Shown: positions 1-8,201 of the stretch, piece by piece | Layout of the letters: every line of letters begins with the position of its first letter | Position numbering within the stretch: position 1 is the stretch's first letter | Assembly: GCA_049976425.1 (NCBI GenBank) | Contig: JBMFIG010000020.1 | Location: 1-24,832, forward strand | Source: Thermoproteus sp. | GTDB taxonomy: Archaea > Thermoproteota > Thermoprotei > Thermoproteales > Thermoproteaceae | DNA: 24,832 nucleotides | Direction of reading: 5' to 3' | The notes under the pieces: generated by a model | What the model was told of the DNA's origin: nothing | The model's input: the letters and a program-made list of their open reading frames with translations, nothing else | The model's database searches: none | Position numbers and translations under genes: made by a program

Positions 1-353
1 CGTAGAGAAACTGCAGTCAGTCCCTTCATGCGCCACGCCCTTTCGTCCGCGTAGAGGGAGATGCGCCGGATCGACGGCGGACGGCCGCCCGTCTCTGCCC
101 AGGAGTTGTAGGCCTCGACCGCCTCCTTCACCGCCTGTTGCTGGTAGGCGAACGGCAACCCGGTCTGCTTGACGGCCTCCTTCACCTTGTCCCACACGCG
201 GAAGTAGCTCGCCCTCCTCCCCTTGTAGCTCCGCACCAAGTAGTCCACCGCCATCCTCTTCGCTTTTCTATACGCCCTCTCAAGCTCAAGGAAGTCCAGA
301 AGCTGGTTCCCATCCAGAAGAAGCGGCACAGCGACTGATCTCACGGCCACCAT
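1..353 (-). CDS. tnpB: TnpB-family RNA-guided endonuclease (IS200/IS605), N-terminal part; runs off the left edge
   Basis: Hand translation from ATG at 353 gives MVAVRSVAVPLLLDGNQLLDFLELERAYRKAKRMAVDYLVRSYKGRRASYFRVWDKVKEAVKQTGLPFAYQQQAVKEAVEAYNSWAETGGRPPSIRRISLYADERAWRMKGLTAVSL, open for 117 codons to the edge. It resembles a TnpB N-terminus (beta strand, long helix, 'LP..Y.QQAVKEA.EAY.SW' helix, then 'P' and a beta region). An IS605-like hairpin lies directly upstream. The RuvC motifs would be outside the window. Confidence 0.72.
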   Translation of the reverse strand, partial: MVAVRSVAVPLLLDGNQLLDFLELERAYRKAKRMAVDYLVRSYKGRRASYFRVWDKVKEAVKQTGLPFAYQQQAVKEAVEAYNSWAETGGRPPSIRRISLYADERAWRMKGLTAVSL

Positions 354-382
354 GCCCAAATTGAGGCCTTGTTTAAAGCCTT

Positions 383-404
383 ACCCCGCCCTAGAGAGCG
401 GGGT
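383..404 (-). repeat. Subterminal hairpin (left end) of the IS200/IS605-like element
   Basis: The minus strand reads ACCCCGC-TCTCTAGG-GCGGGGT, a perfect 7-bp stem extendable by a T.G pair and CT/AG. It resembles the CCCCGCCC..GGGCGGGG end hairpins common in this family. Confidence 0.7.
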
Positions 405-419
405 TTGCCGCCGCCTATA

Positions 420-1694
420 TCAAAGCCCCCCGGGGAACTCGGTCGGGTCGCTCCTCGTGGTTATCTCGCCGGCTATCGGAGTCCTCAAAACGGCCGGCAC
501 CTCCTCCGGCCTGAAGTTGGCGAGCGCCCACGACATCTTGACGTAGGCCACCTCGGGCAACATGTCCTCGAGCGGGACGACGCCTAGGGATAGGAGCTCT
601 CTGCCGCGCCTGTACACGTAGAGATCCACGCGCCCGTAGATGGTCTGGCTGGTCATGGCCACCACCACGCCGGAGTCCACGGCCTTCTTTATCGAGGGCA
701 GTAGGGCATCCCTCACGTGGCCGAAGCCGGTGCCCTCGACGACCAGGCCCCGGAAGCCGAGATCGACCAAGGCGTCTATTATGCGGGGGTCCATCCCGGG
801 GTAGAACTTCACGAGAGCCGCCTTGTCGCTGAAGCCCGCCGAGTACGAGAGGCCGCCTCTAGCCTTGTAGGAACCCGCAACGAGTTTGAGGGACCTCGAC
901 TCGACGTCGACCTCGGCGAGAGGCCCCACCCCTATGCTCTGGAAGGTGTCGCGCCTCGATGTGTGCATCTTCCTCACCCTAGTGCCTCTATGAATGTGGA
1001 TCTTTCCGTCGCTGGACGCCCCGTGCATGGCCACCGTCGATTCGGCGAACGGGGCCGAGGCCGCGGCAATGACGGCCCCCAGTATGTTCTGGAAGGCGTC
1101 GCTGGACGGCCGGTCGCTCGACCTCTGGGATCCCACGAACACGATGGGTCCCGGCGATTCCTTAAACGCGAAGGCCATGGCGGCCGAGCTGTAGTGCATG
1201 GTGTCGGTGCCGTGCATCACGACCACGCCCACAGCGCCTTTCCTGAACTGTTCAGCGACCTTCTCGGCCATGGCAGACCAATCCGCCGGCGTCATGTCCT
1301 CGCTGAACTTGGACATAAGCGCCTCGACCCTGATAGACGCCACGTCAGAGATCTCGGGGACCATCTCGAAGAGCAAGGCGGGGTCGGTGGAGGGGTACAC
1401 GGCGCCTGTGGCGTATTCGACCCTCGACAGTATGGTGCCGCCGGTGGCGATTATGGAGACCCAAGGCCTCCCGGTATCCACCTCCCTCGTCTTCTCGGGC
1501 CTCGCGCCTGTGCCGGCCACCTCGCCCAGATCCTCAATTTTCCTCACTCTGCTCTTGGCGAAGCCCACGTTGTAGCCGTTCCTCAGCTTAACCACATACA
1601 CGTCGGGGCTCGAGTAGGCCGTCGAGGGGAGGAGGACGCCCTCAACGACCTCCCCCGAATCCAGATAGAGCCTCACCCTCCTGTAGCTCTCCAC
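420..1694 (-). CDS. gatD: Glutamyl-tRNA(Gln) amidotransferase subunit D
   Basis: N-terminal Sm-like domain (VKLRNGYNVG) and asparaginase motifs ATGGTI, HGTDTM, GSQRSSDRPSSD and RKMHTSRRDTF. TATA box (TTTATATA on the minus strand) at 1714-1721. Confidence 0.95.
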   Translation of the reverse strand: MESYRRVRLYLDSGEVVEGVLLPSTAYSSPDVYVVKLRNGYNVGFAKSRVRKIEDLGEVAGTGARPEKTREVDTGRPWVSIIATGGTILSRVEYATGAVYPSTDPALLFEMVPEISDVASIRVEALMSKFSEDMTPADWSAMAEKVAEQFRKGAVGVVVMHGTDTMHYSSAAMAFAFKESPGPIVFVGSQRSSDRPSSDAFQNILGAVIAAASAPFAESTVAMHGASSDGKIHIHRGTRVRKMHTSRRDTFQSIGVGPLAEVDVESRSLKLVAGSYKARGGLSYSAGFSDKAALVKFYPGMDPRIIDALVDLGFRGLVVEGTGFGHVRDALLPSIKKAVDSGVVVAMTSQTIYGRVDLYVYRRGRELLSLGVVPLEDMLPEVAYVKMSWALANFRPEEVPAVLRTPIAGEITTRSDPTEFPGGL

Positions 1695-1766
1695 GCGCGC
1701 CTCAGCGACCTTCTATATAAAGCTTGACCAGAGGAAACCGCCGTACAGCCGACGATCTACGCGCCA

Positions 1767-2399
1767 TCAGCCGGTTGCGCCTAGGCTCACGCTGACGACC
1801 TTCCCGCCAGACACGCGGGCCACTATGGGTAAGTAGCTCAACAGTTGGGAGAGGGCTTGTTGGGCGCTGGTCGCGGTAATCGTGGCGTTGCCCATAGCCA
1901 GCGCCTCGCCTATCCACTGGAACACGGCTGTGGCCTGGCTCTGCTGGTCGCCGGGCATCAAAAGGAATATCCTGTCTCTGTATCTGGACGCCACAGTGTA
2001 GTTGCCTCCGAACAACGTGTTGTAGAAATAGTTGGCGGCGGTGAAGGAGTAGGGGCCGTAGAACGGGTCTATCATGAGCACGTAGACAGGCACGGTCGAG
2101 TTGAGCAGAGACCGAGGCAACTGGACGCCCGAGACGGTCACGATAACTATGGAGTTGTTGTAGAGAGGCGGCTGTAGCCCGCTCGGCGCATATCCTCTCT
2201 GGGTCAACACCCACATCTGGGTATTCTCCAGGAGGCCGGCCAGCGTAGGCGTCTGGACGCGCGGGCCGAAGGAAAGCCGGAAGCCGGGCATAGTGCCCAA
2301 TATCCACCCGACCTCGGCGAATATGATCGCCAGCAGGGCGATTACGAAGATCTTTCGGTTCCTGCGCCTACCCGTCTTGCTCTCTTTCTTCTTAGCCAC
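1767..2399 (-). CDS. Hypothetical membrane-anchored protein
   Basis: Basic N-terminus (KKKESKTGRRRNRK), one hydrophobic segment (IFVIALLAIIFAEVGWILG), then a region with N-x-S/T sequons. Host-like codon use and an AT-rich box at about 2419-2426. Confidence 0.7.
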   Translation of the reverse strand: MAKKKESKTGRRRNRKIFVIALLAIIFAEVGWILGTMPGFRLSFGPRVQTPTLAGLLENTQMWVLTQRGYAPSGLQPPLYNNSIVIVTVSGVQLPRSLLNSTVPVYVLMIDPFYGPYSFTAANYFYNTLFGGNYTVASRYRDRIFLLMPGDQQSQATAVFQWIGEALAMGNATITATSAQQALSQLLSYLPIVARVSGGKVVSVSLGATG

Positions 2400-2467
2400 G
2401 CGGCCGAGTACAGCGTGGTTTTAATAGTTTACTTAACATATTTAAAAAGAGCCGGCTCGGGGGCTTT

Positions 2468-3442
2468 ATGGCTAGGTGGATCTGGGCGGCGGTTGTTGTT
2501 ATAATAATTGTCGCTGTTTTCGCTATCGTGGCCACGACCGGCCAAAGACCGTCGGTACCGAACAGCGTGACGGGCTCACGCGTCCAGACGTCCGCGTCGG
2601 CCAGCCAGCCGCAACGCGTAGAGGTCACGTTGATACCGAACGGCGCGACGCCCGTCAGAGCCGTCTCCCGGTCGCCCGCCGAGATGATGGCCGCGTACTA
2701 CATAGGCAACGGCTCGGTGATGATAACGCCGTACCCGTGGAACATGAAGTCGTGGAGAGGCGAGGTGGAGACCGTCTACAACGGCTCAGCGCTTATAGCT
2801 AAGATCAACGCCTCATACTCCGAGAAGTACAACCCCTACGCCCCAGTCCTGGGCTACCCGAGCGCCCGCTACGGTTGCGACCCGCTCTTCGGGGCCTGCA
2901 CGGCCACCGAGCCGCCGCTCAAGCTACCGCTCCCCGCGACCAACGCGGACGCGGTGATCGCTATAGACTACTCGGTCCAGCCGGGCAACTGCGACGTGAC
3001 CGACTTCTCGTACGACATCTGGTTCACCAAGGGGCCGGGCCTAGGCCCCGGCGATCTCGAGCTGATGCTGTGGATGTACTACACGACTCCGCTATCCCAG
3101 AGCGCCCCAAGCCCCTATTGGTCCCCCGCCGGGTCCTACACGGCCAGCGTGTACGTCAACGGGGCCCGCGTGGATATGCCCATAAAGGCGTTCCTGCACG
3201 TAGACCAGTCGTCCTGGTCCGTCCTCATACTGGCGTTCGAGAGGCCGGTCAAGAGCGGCTCCGTAGCTCTGTCCATCGGCGACCTCGTGAGGATCGCCGA
3301 AAAGGCTCTCAACGGCACCGGGATAAACATAGACAGACTGAGCCTAGTATCGATAGATGTAGGTATAGAGTTCGACGGCCCTCCGAATAAGTTGTTGTCG
3401 TGTTCCTACGAAATATATCGATGGGCTCTTGCGTCAAGTTAA
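2468..3442 (+). CDS. Membrane-anchored glycoside hydrolase family 12 (endoglucanase-like)
   Basis: N-terminal hydrophobic anchor and a Ser/Thr/Gln linker. GH12 signatures are GYPSARYG, FSYDIWF, GDLELMLWMY (nucleophile Glu) and IDVGIEF (acid/base Glu). TTTAAAAA at 2441-2448. Confidence 0.8.
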   Translation: MARWIWAAVVVIIIVAVFAIVATTGQRPSVPNSVTGSRVQTSASASQPQRVEVTLIPNGATPVRAVSRSPAEMMAAYYIGNGSVMITPYPWNMKSWRGEVETVYNGSALIAKINASYSEKYNPYAPVLGYPSARYGCDPLFGACTATEPPLKLPLPATNADAVIAIDYSVQPGNCDVTDFSYDIWFTKGPGLGPGDLELMLWMYYTTPLSQSAPSPYWSPAGSYTASVYVNGARVDMPIKAFLHVDQSSWSVLILAFERPVKSGSVALSIGDLVRIAEKALNGTGINIDRLSLVSIDVGIEFDGPPNKLLSCSYEIYRWALASS

Positions 3443-3479
3443 CGCGAAAGATTTTTATCGCAAGGCGATCCAACTATGC

Positions 3480-3773
3480 ATGTTGCTGTTCATCACGGGG
3501 CAGGACTGGCTCATAATCCTGATAGCCGTGGTCATATTGTTGATATGGGGCCCCTCTAAACTCCCCGCCCTCGCCAGAGGCCTCGGCCAAGCCCTCCACG
3601 AGTTCAGGAGGGCGTCCCAGGGCCTGGCCACTAACGAAGACGAGGAGTACAGGAAGTTGCTCGACGTCGCCAGAAGCCTCGGCATAAGCACAGAGGGCAA
3701 GACCAAGGAGCAGATACTGGAGGAGGTGAACCAGAAGGTGAAGGAGATGAACAAGAAGATCACCTTAGGCTGA
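3480..3773 (+). CDS. tatA: Twin-arginine translocase subunit TatA/TatE
   Basis: GQDWLIILIAVVILLIWGPSKLPALARGLGQALHEFRRA is the TatA TM plus amphipathic helix. Start moved to the in-frame ATG at 3480, with a TTTTTA box at about 3452-3457. Confidence 0.9.
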   Translation: MLLFITGQDWLIILIAVVILLIWGPSKLPALARGLGQALHEFRRASQGLATNEDEEYRKLLDVARSLGISTEGKTKEQILEEVNQKVKEMNKKITLG

Positions 3774-4562
3774 TTTCCTGATACCCACGAGCTCTTTCAA
3801 GGCCCTGGCCGCCGGCGCCAGCCGTCTGTTCGTCTCCGCCAGATCCTCCAGGACGTGGGCCGCCATGGAGTATAGGCCGGCCTCTAGATAGGTCCGCAAC
3901 TCCCTCCATAGAAATTCGGCGGAGCCCGTGGCCAGATAGCCGGCGAGCGGGGGATCCCACTCCAGACTTAGATCCTCGACGAAGACGTCGCCGACCCACT
4001 CGGCTGGCGGCTCCAGATCCTCTCTGAAGTTGACGTTGTGGAGCTCCCTCCGCGAGATCCCGTGCCTCGCGGCGCTTAGGTACGTCGCCGTTCGGGACAG
4101 CCTGAACACGTCGTCGAGCCTCCCGCCTCTTCTGGACAACATATCGGCTATACGCCTCAGCTCGCCCGCCTCGGCCTTGAATATGTGGGACTCCACCAAG
4201 CCGTTCGGCGCCACGTAGACGGCGGTGCCCGCCGCCTTCAACAACTCGCCGAAGGCTCTGGGGGATATATACGGCACGTCGCACGGCGCGAACAAGAGCG
4301 TGTCGTCGAACCTGAACGCCGCCGAGACCACCGCGGCGATAGGCCCCGAGAGGCCCGGGCTGTCCTCCACCGTCGGGTACCCTGTCACCTTATTTCTGCC
4401 GGGGGCTACGTATATCTCGTCGACGAGCCCGCGGGCGGCCTCCGCAACGGCCTCTATCATAGGCCTGCCGCCGACTGGATAGGTGCATTTGTCCACCCAG
4501 GGCTCTCCCGGCCGCTGGAATCTACGCGATTGGCCCCCCGCGAATATTATAAGCTTGGTCAC
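3765..4562 (-). CDS. mobA: MobA-like NTP transferase (molybdenum cofactor guanylyltransferase family)
   Basis: Motifs FAGGQSRRF, DK, GPIAAV, APCDVP and NVNFREDL. The true start is most likely the GTG at 4562, overlapping the upstream stop (GTGA). Confidence 0.8.
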   Translation of the reverse strand: MTKLIIFAGGQSRRFQRPGEPWVDKCTYPVGGRPMIEAVAEAARGLVDEIYVAPGRNKVTGYPTVEDSPGLSGPIAAVVSAAFRFDDTLLFAPCDVPYISPRAFGELLKAAGTAVYVAPNGLVESHIFKAEAGELRRIADMLSRRGGRLDDVFRLSRTATYLSAARHGISRRELHNVNFREDLEPPAEWVGDVFVEDLSLEWDPPLAGYLATGSAEFLWRELRTYLEAGLYSMAAHVLEDLAETNRRLAPAARALKELVGIRKSA

Positions 4563-5851
4563 GGCCTCCTCGACAGATCCCTCAACACCGCCTCGGCCGC
4601 GTTTACGCCGGGGACTCCGGTGATCTGCCCCCCGGGCCACGTGCCGGCGCCGCCGAGGTAGAGGCCTCTTATCGGCGTCTTGTAGCCCCAGCCGCACACC
4701 GGCCGGCAAGAGAAGAGGAACCCCTTCGCCATCGGCAGATGGTTGACGTAGGCCCCCGCGGCGTTGAACGTCGACCGGTAGTCGGCTGGGGTCCATACCT
4801 CGAAGGCCTTGACCTTGCCGAGGTTCTCCACGTAGCTTTCGAGGCGGCCGATGTCCGGCTCCCCCACTACCGACAGCCTATCGCCGTCGACCAGCATCTC
4901 GCCCATGGGCAGTTGGAATATGGAGTCGCGGTACGGGGCCAGCCCGCGCCTGAGCTTGACCTGCTCCGAGAGGACTACGTTGAGCCTATACGGGCCTGCC
5001 GTAGCCGCGGCGTCCCGCAATCTGCGGGCCACGCCCTCGTCGACCCCCTCGACCAGCTCCAGCAGGGTGTGGATCGGGCTGGCCGTCGACAACACGGCCC
5101 TAGCCTCGACTAGCTTGCCCGTGTCGAGCTCTACGCCCTTGACGGCCCCGCGCTCGACGACGATCTTCCTAACGCCGACGCCCAACACCACCTCGGCGCC
5201 CGACCACAGCGCGGTCCTGTACAACGCCTTGGAGAGCGCTTGGATCCCCCTCTCCCCACGCCACACGGGGCGCCCCCAGCCCTCCGGCGGGTTGAAGTAG
5301 GCGAGGAGGAAGGCCGGCTCGTCCCAGAGATGTCTGTAGAGGAACATGGGCCAGAACTCCTCCGGCAGATACTGCGACATGACGTCCCTCGCGGTCTTCT
5401 TGACCAGCTCGGCGGCCTCGGGGTCCTCGGCCAAGGCCTCCTCGGAGGGAGGGCCGCCGAAGAAATACCTCCGGGCGGCTCTGTTGAGCGCCGTCAGCTT
5501 ATCCCAGAACGCCGCTATCTCATCGCCGAGCCCCCACTGCCTGAACTCCTCGACCCTCCTCCCGGGATCGCGCCACCATCTGACGTACTGCCCGTCGAGC
5601 TCGTAGACGGCCACGGGGTCGGGGACCTCTACCTCCAGATCGACGCCGAGTCTGTCCAGCACCTCCCTAGGCATGACGCCCACGACGTAGGCCCCGACGC
5701 CCACCTCGGCGCCGCCCAAGACGTGGTAGCCCGCCATGCCGCCAGGCCAGCTCAGCTTGTCGAAAACCACGACGTCCAGCCCCGACCTGGCCAGCAGAGC
5801 CGACGCCACCAGCCCGTTGTGCCCGGCGCCTATCACCACTACGTCTACCAC
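4559..5851 (-). CDS. FAD-dependent oxidoreductase, phytoene dehydrogenase-like
   Basis: N-terminal VIGAGHNGLVASALLA Rossmann motif and C-terminal YKTPIRGLYLGGAGTWPGGQITGVPGVNAA. Confidence 0.88.
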   Translation of the reverse strand: MVDVVVIGAGHNGLVASALLARSGLDVVVFDKLSWPGGMAGYHVLGGAEVGVGAYVVGVMPREVLDRLGVDLEVEVPDPVAVYELDGQYVRWWRDPGRRVEEFRQWGLGDEIAAFWDKLTALNRAARRYFFGGPPSEEALAEDPEAAELVKKTARDVMSQYLPEEFWPMFLYRHLWDEPAFLLAYFNPPEGWGRPVWRGERGIQALSKALYRTALWSGAEVVLGVGVRKIVVERGAVKGVELDTGKLVEARAVLSTASPIHTLLELVEGVDEGVARRLRDAAATAGPYRLNVVLSEQVKLRRGLAPYRDSIFQLPMGEMLVDGDRLSVVGEPDIGRLESYVENLGKVKAFEVWTPADYRSTFNAAGAYVNHLPMAKGFLFSCRPVCGWGYKTPIRGLYLGGAGTWPGGQITGVPGVNAAEAVLRDLSRRP

Positions 5852-5865
5852 TTAGGGATCTGGCG

Positions 5866-6477
5866 CTAAATTAATGTCTTAACAGACAGAAATACGAAGT
5901 AGCCCCCGAAGGCGGCCAGAGTCGTCACCGAGAAGGCCTTGATGGCCAGCCAGGTGCCTCTGCTGTTGAGCCTCCACCCGGCTCTAACCGCCGCCGGGAA
6001 CGAGGTTATCCACGTGGCTATCGCCGAGAACAAGCCCAGGGCCCAGTAGAGGCCGAAGGAGCTGATGGAGCTGAGGCCCACGGTCAGCCACCAGCCCAGC
6101 TGGTACGGGTTTGCCAAGCCCAGCGAGAGCCCCAGCAGATACCCCTTCACGGCCCTCTCGGAAGCCCCGCGGACCCCGGCGTCGGGCGGCTTGGAGAGCG
6201 CTATCTTGTATGCTATATACAAGAGGAAGAACGAGCCGGCGAGATATATAACCGCGACGTATCTGGAGCTGACGGCCGCGAGGACCTCCTCGTAGAGGAG
6301 GAGCGTCAGCAACATGAATATGAAGTCGGCTGTCATGGCGCCGGCCCCCACGGCAACGCCGTGTCTAAACCCCTTGAGGGCCCACGACGCTATGAGCGCG
6401 TTCATGGGCCCCGGAGGCACCGCCAGGCTGTAGCCGAGGACGAGGCCGGCGGCTATTTGGGCCAAGGCCTGGCTCAT
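5866..6477 (-). CDS. LysE/RhtB family translocator
   Basis: SLAVPPGPMN motif, GAGAMTADF, ANPYQLGWW and multiple TM segments. Confidence 0.88.
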   Translation of the reverse strand: MSQALAQIAAGLVLGYSLAVPPGPMNALIASWALKGFRHGVAVGAGAMTADFIFMLLTLLLYEEVLAAVSSRYVAVIYLAGSFFLLYIAYKIALSKPPDAGVRGASERAVKGYLLGLSLGLANPYQLGWWLTVGLSSISSFGLYWALGLFSAIATWITSFPAAVRAGWRLNSRGTWLAIKAFSVTTLAAFGGYFVFLSVKTLI

Positions 6478-6977
6478 ACGTCGACAACCTCGGCCTCCAG
6501 CTCAGCCGTATCCAAAACGGCGGCGGTCCTCCTGCCGGTCAGATAGCCGCAGAGCTCGCCTGGGTTCACCACGAGAGTCCGCCCGACGCGCCTCACGTCG
6601 ACCCTATGGGTGTGGCCGTAGACTACCACGTCGAACATGCCCGACCTTATCATCGCCTCCGTAAGCAGATCCGACGTGCCGTGGTACACGCCGATCCTCC
6701 TCCCGCCGGCCTCGACCACGCCGGCGTAGCCCAAGATCTCCACGCCGAACTGGGAGGCGACCTTCTGGAAATAGAGAAGCTCCCCCTCGTTGTTGCCCCA
6801 AACGCCCACGATCCTCACGCCGTCGCCCAACGCCTCCCTCAAGGCCTTGGCGCTGAAAGGCGCTACCCAATCCCCCGCGTGAACCACCAGCTCGACCCCC
6901 CTATCCTTGAAGAGGCGGGCGGCGCGCCTTATCGCGTCTACGTTGTCGTGGCTGTCCGAGACCAGTCCAACCAACAT
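6474..6977 (-). CDS. Metallophosphoesterase, YfcE/MJ0936 family
   Basis: Motifs SDSHDN, HAGD, GNNE, YHG, GHTH and NPGE. TATATATA at 6995-7002. The stop overlaps the next start (ATGA). Confidence 0.9.
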   Translation of the reverse strand: MLVGLVSDSHDNVDAIRRAARLFKDRGVELVVHAGDWVAPFSAKALREALGDGVRIVGVWGNNEGELLYFQKVASQFGVEILGYAGVVEAGGRRIGVYHGTSDLLTEAMIRSGMFDVVVYGHTHRVDVRRVGRTLVVNPGELCGYLTGRRTAAVLDTAELEAEVVDV

Positions 6978-7015
6978 GTCCCGAAAAATCCCGGTATATA
7001 TAGCGATCCGGACGG

Positions 7016-7136
7016 CTACGTTACGCGCCTTTCTCTCAACGCCTTAATGACGAGGTATGCGGATCCTGCGATTATCATAGCTAGGCCTGCCAGCTCCAGC
7101 ACGACGTACCTCCACGCGATCCTATAGCCGGCAGGA
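7016..7136. repeat. Direct repeat copy 1 (3' end of paralog A)
   Basis: Aligns without gaps to 8081-8201, with about 12 mismatches in 121 nt by hand count. Confidence 0.92.
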
Positions 7137-8011
7137 CTTACGATGTCTTGCTCCACGTCGAAATAAATCGCCGAGCCGTTGGGGCACACGCCGAACCTCT
7201 CGACGGTCTTGTTGACGAGCTCCTTGAGGAGGCCTATGTCGTCGTCGGTCTCCAACAGGTATATATTGCCGTGTATCCCGATAAATATAGAGAGCGGGTC
7301 CTTTATCGAGATGCCCCGCTCCCGGTAAAGCCCCTCTATTATAGACCTGAACTCGGTGACGTTGATGGAGCTGGGCAACGGGTTCGGCGTCTCTGCCACG
7401 GATAGGAGCACCAGCGCCTTGAGGCCTCTGTACTTTTCGAGAATCGGGCCGAGCAAGGCCTTGACGCGGGCCAGTTGCTCCGGTCCCCTCCTTATCTCGG
7501 CCGGGACGTTGACGAGGATAACTCCCCGATCTACGTACACCGACACCGAGACGCCGCGGATGCCGGCCCCGGCCAACGCGCCCTTCACCTCTCGGGCCAG
7601 GGCCAGGGCCTCGTAGGCCCACCTACTGGACCTCGCCAGCGCCTCGCTCGCCGGGCTGTTCGGGTCGTCGAAGCTTAGCGGGCCGCTGTAGTTGGCCGCC
7701 CTCAGCTCCTCCTCGATGGAGGGCCACACGTCGACGCCGAACTCGCCGGCCCAGCTCTTCAGATATCTTTCCTCGGCCGAGCTTATGTTAGCCGAGCGGG
7801 CTTTCATCTGCTGTACAGTGCTGTTCATAATATTGACTACATATAGTACGCATCCATCTATTTTGACCTCCCTGCCAGGTATCTGTATCAACACATAGGC
7901 TAGACTAAGGTTGCCCAGCTTCTCGCTCTCGAAATTGGTAAATACAATCATCGCCGATACCAAGGCGGCCGATAATAATAGGAGCAACGCAAGAAATATC
8001 CTAGTCGCCAT
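7016..8011 (-). CDS. Hypothetical surface protein (signal peptide and C-terminal TM anchor), paralog A
   Basis: N-terminal hydrophobic signal, several N-x-S/T sequons, and a C-terminal TM followed by KALRERR. Homologous to the ORF at 8081-9121. Confidence 0.8.
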   Translation of the reverse strand: MATRIFLALLLLLSAALVSAMIVFTNFESEKLGNLSLAYVLIQIPGREVKIDGCVLYVVNIMNSTVQQMKARSANISSAEERYLKSWAGEFGVDVWPSIEEELRAANYSGPLSFDDPNSPASEALARSSRWAYEALALAREVKGALAGAGIRGVSVSVYVDRGVILVNVPAEIRRGPEQLARVKALLGPILEKYRGLKALVLLSVAETPNPLPSSINVTEFRSIIEGLYRERGISIKDPLSIFIGIHGNIYLLETDDDIGLLKELVNKTVERFGVCPNGSAIYFDVEQDIVSPAGYRIAWRYVVLELAGLAMIIAGSAYLVIKALRERRVT

Positions 8012-8080
8012 ACCTTACCTAAAGTCCGTTATTTATTTACACAATCGGCGGCCATGAAGACCATGTCGTTCGCAAGTCGG

Positions 8081-8201
8081 CTACGCCGCGCGCTTTTCTC
8101 TCAACGCCTTAACGACGAGGTATGCGGATCCGGCGACTATCATAGCTAGGCCTGCCAGCTCCAGCACGACGTACCCCCACGAGATTCTGTAGCCGGCCGG
8201 A
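8081..8201. repeat. Direct repeat copy 2 (3' end of paralog B)
   Basis: Ungapped match to 7016-7136, about 90% identical by hand count. Confidence 0.92.

Larger units (their letters stand above)
1..419 (-). mobile_element. IS200/IS605-family element (IS1341-like, tnpB only), left part
   Basis: A tnpB-like ORF, a subterminal hairpin at 383-404 and a TTTAAA promoter box at 372-377. There is no room for tnpA between the hairpin and tnpB. The exact end is uncertain and lies between 405 and the gatD stop at 420. Confidence 0.6.

Noticed and set aside
138-587. Three short plus-strand ORFs at the left edge
   Set aside because: They are antisense to the tnpB-like ORF and gatD, which explain the region better.
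717-1727. 336-aa plus-strand ORF and the many other long ORFs antisense or out of frame to real genes (e.g. 16447-17745, 19203-20024, 13894-14589, 10850-11512)
   Set aside because: Shadow ORFs expected in GC-rich DNA. They are Arg/Gly/Pro-rich, lack motifs and overlap genes with clear family signatures.
4563-4796. N-terminal extension of the MobA-like ORF in the track
   Set aside because: It overlaps the oxidoreductase gene in another frame. The GTG at 4562 gives a normal MobA start.
7016-8201. The 121-bp repeat pair as a diversity-generating retroelement TR/VR
   Set aside because: No reverse transcriptase is in the window, the mismatches are not restricted to adenines of one copy, and both copies are coding TM anchors.
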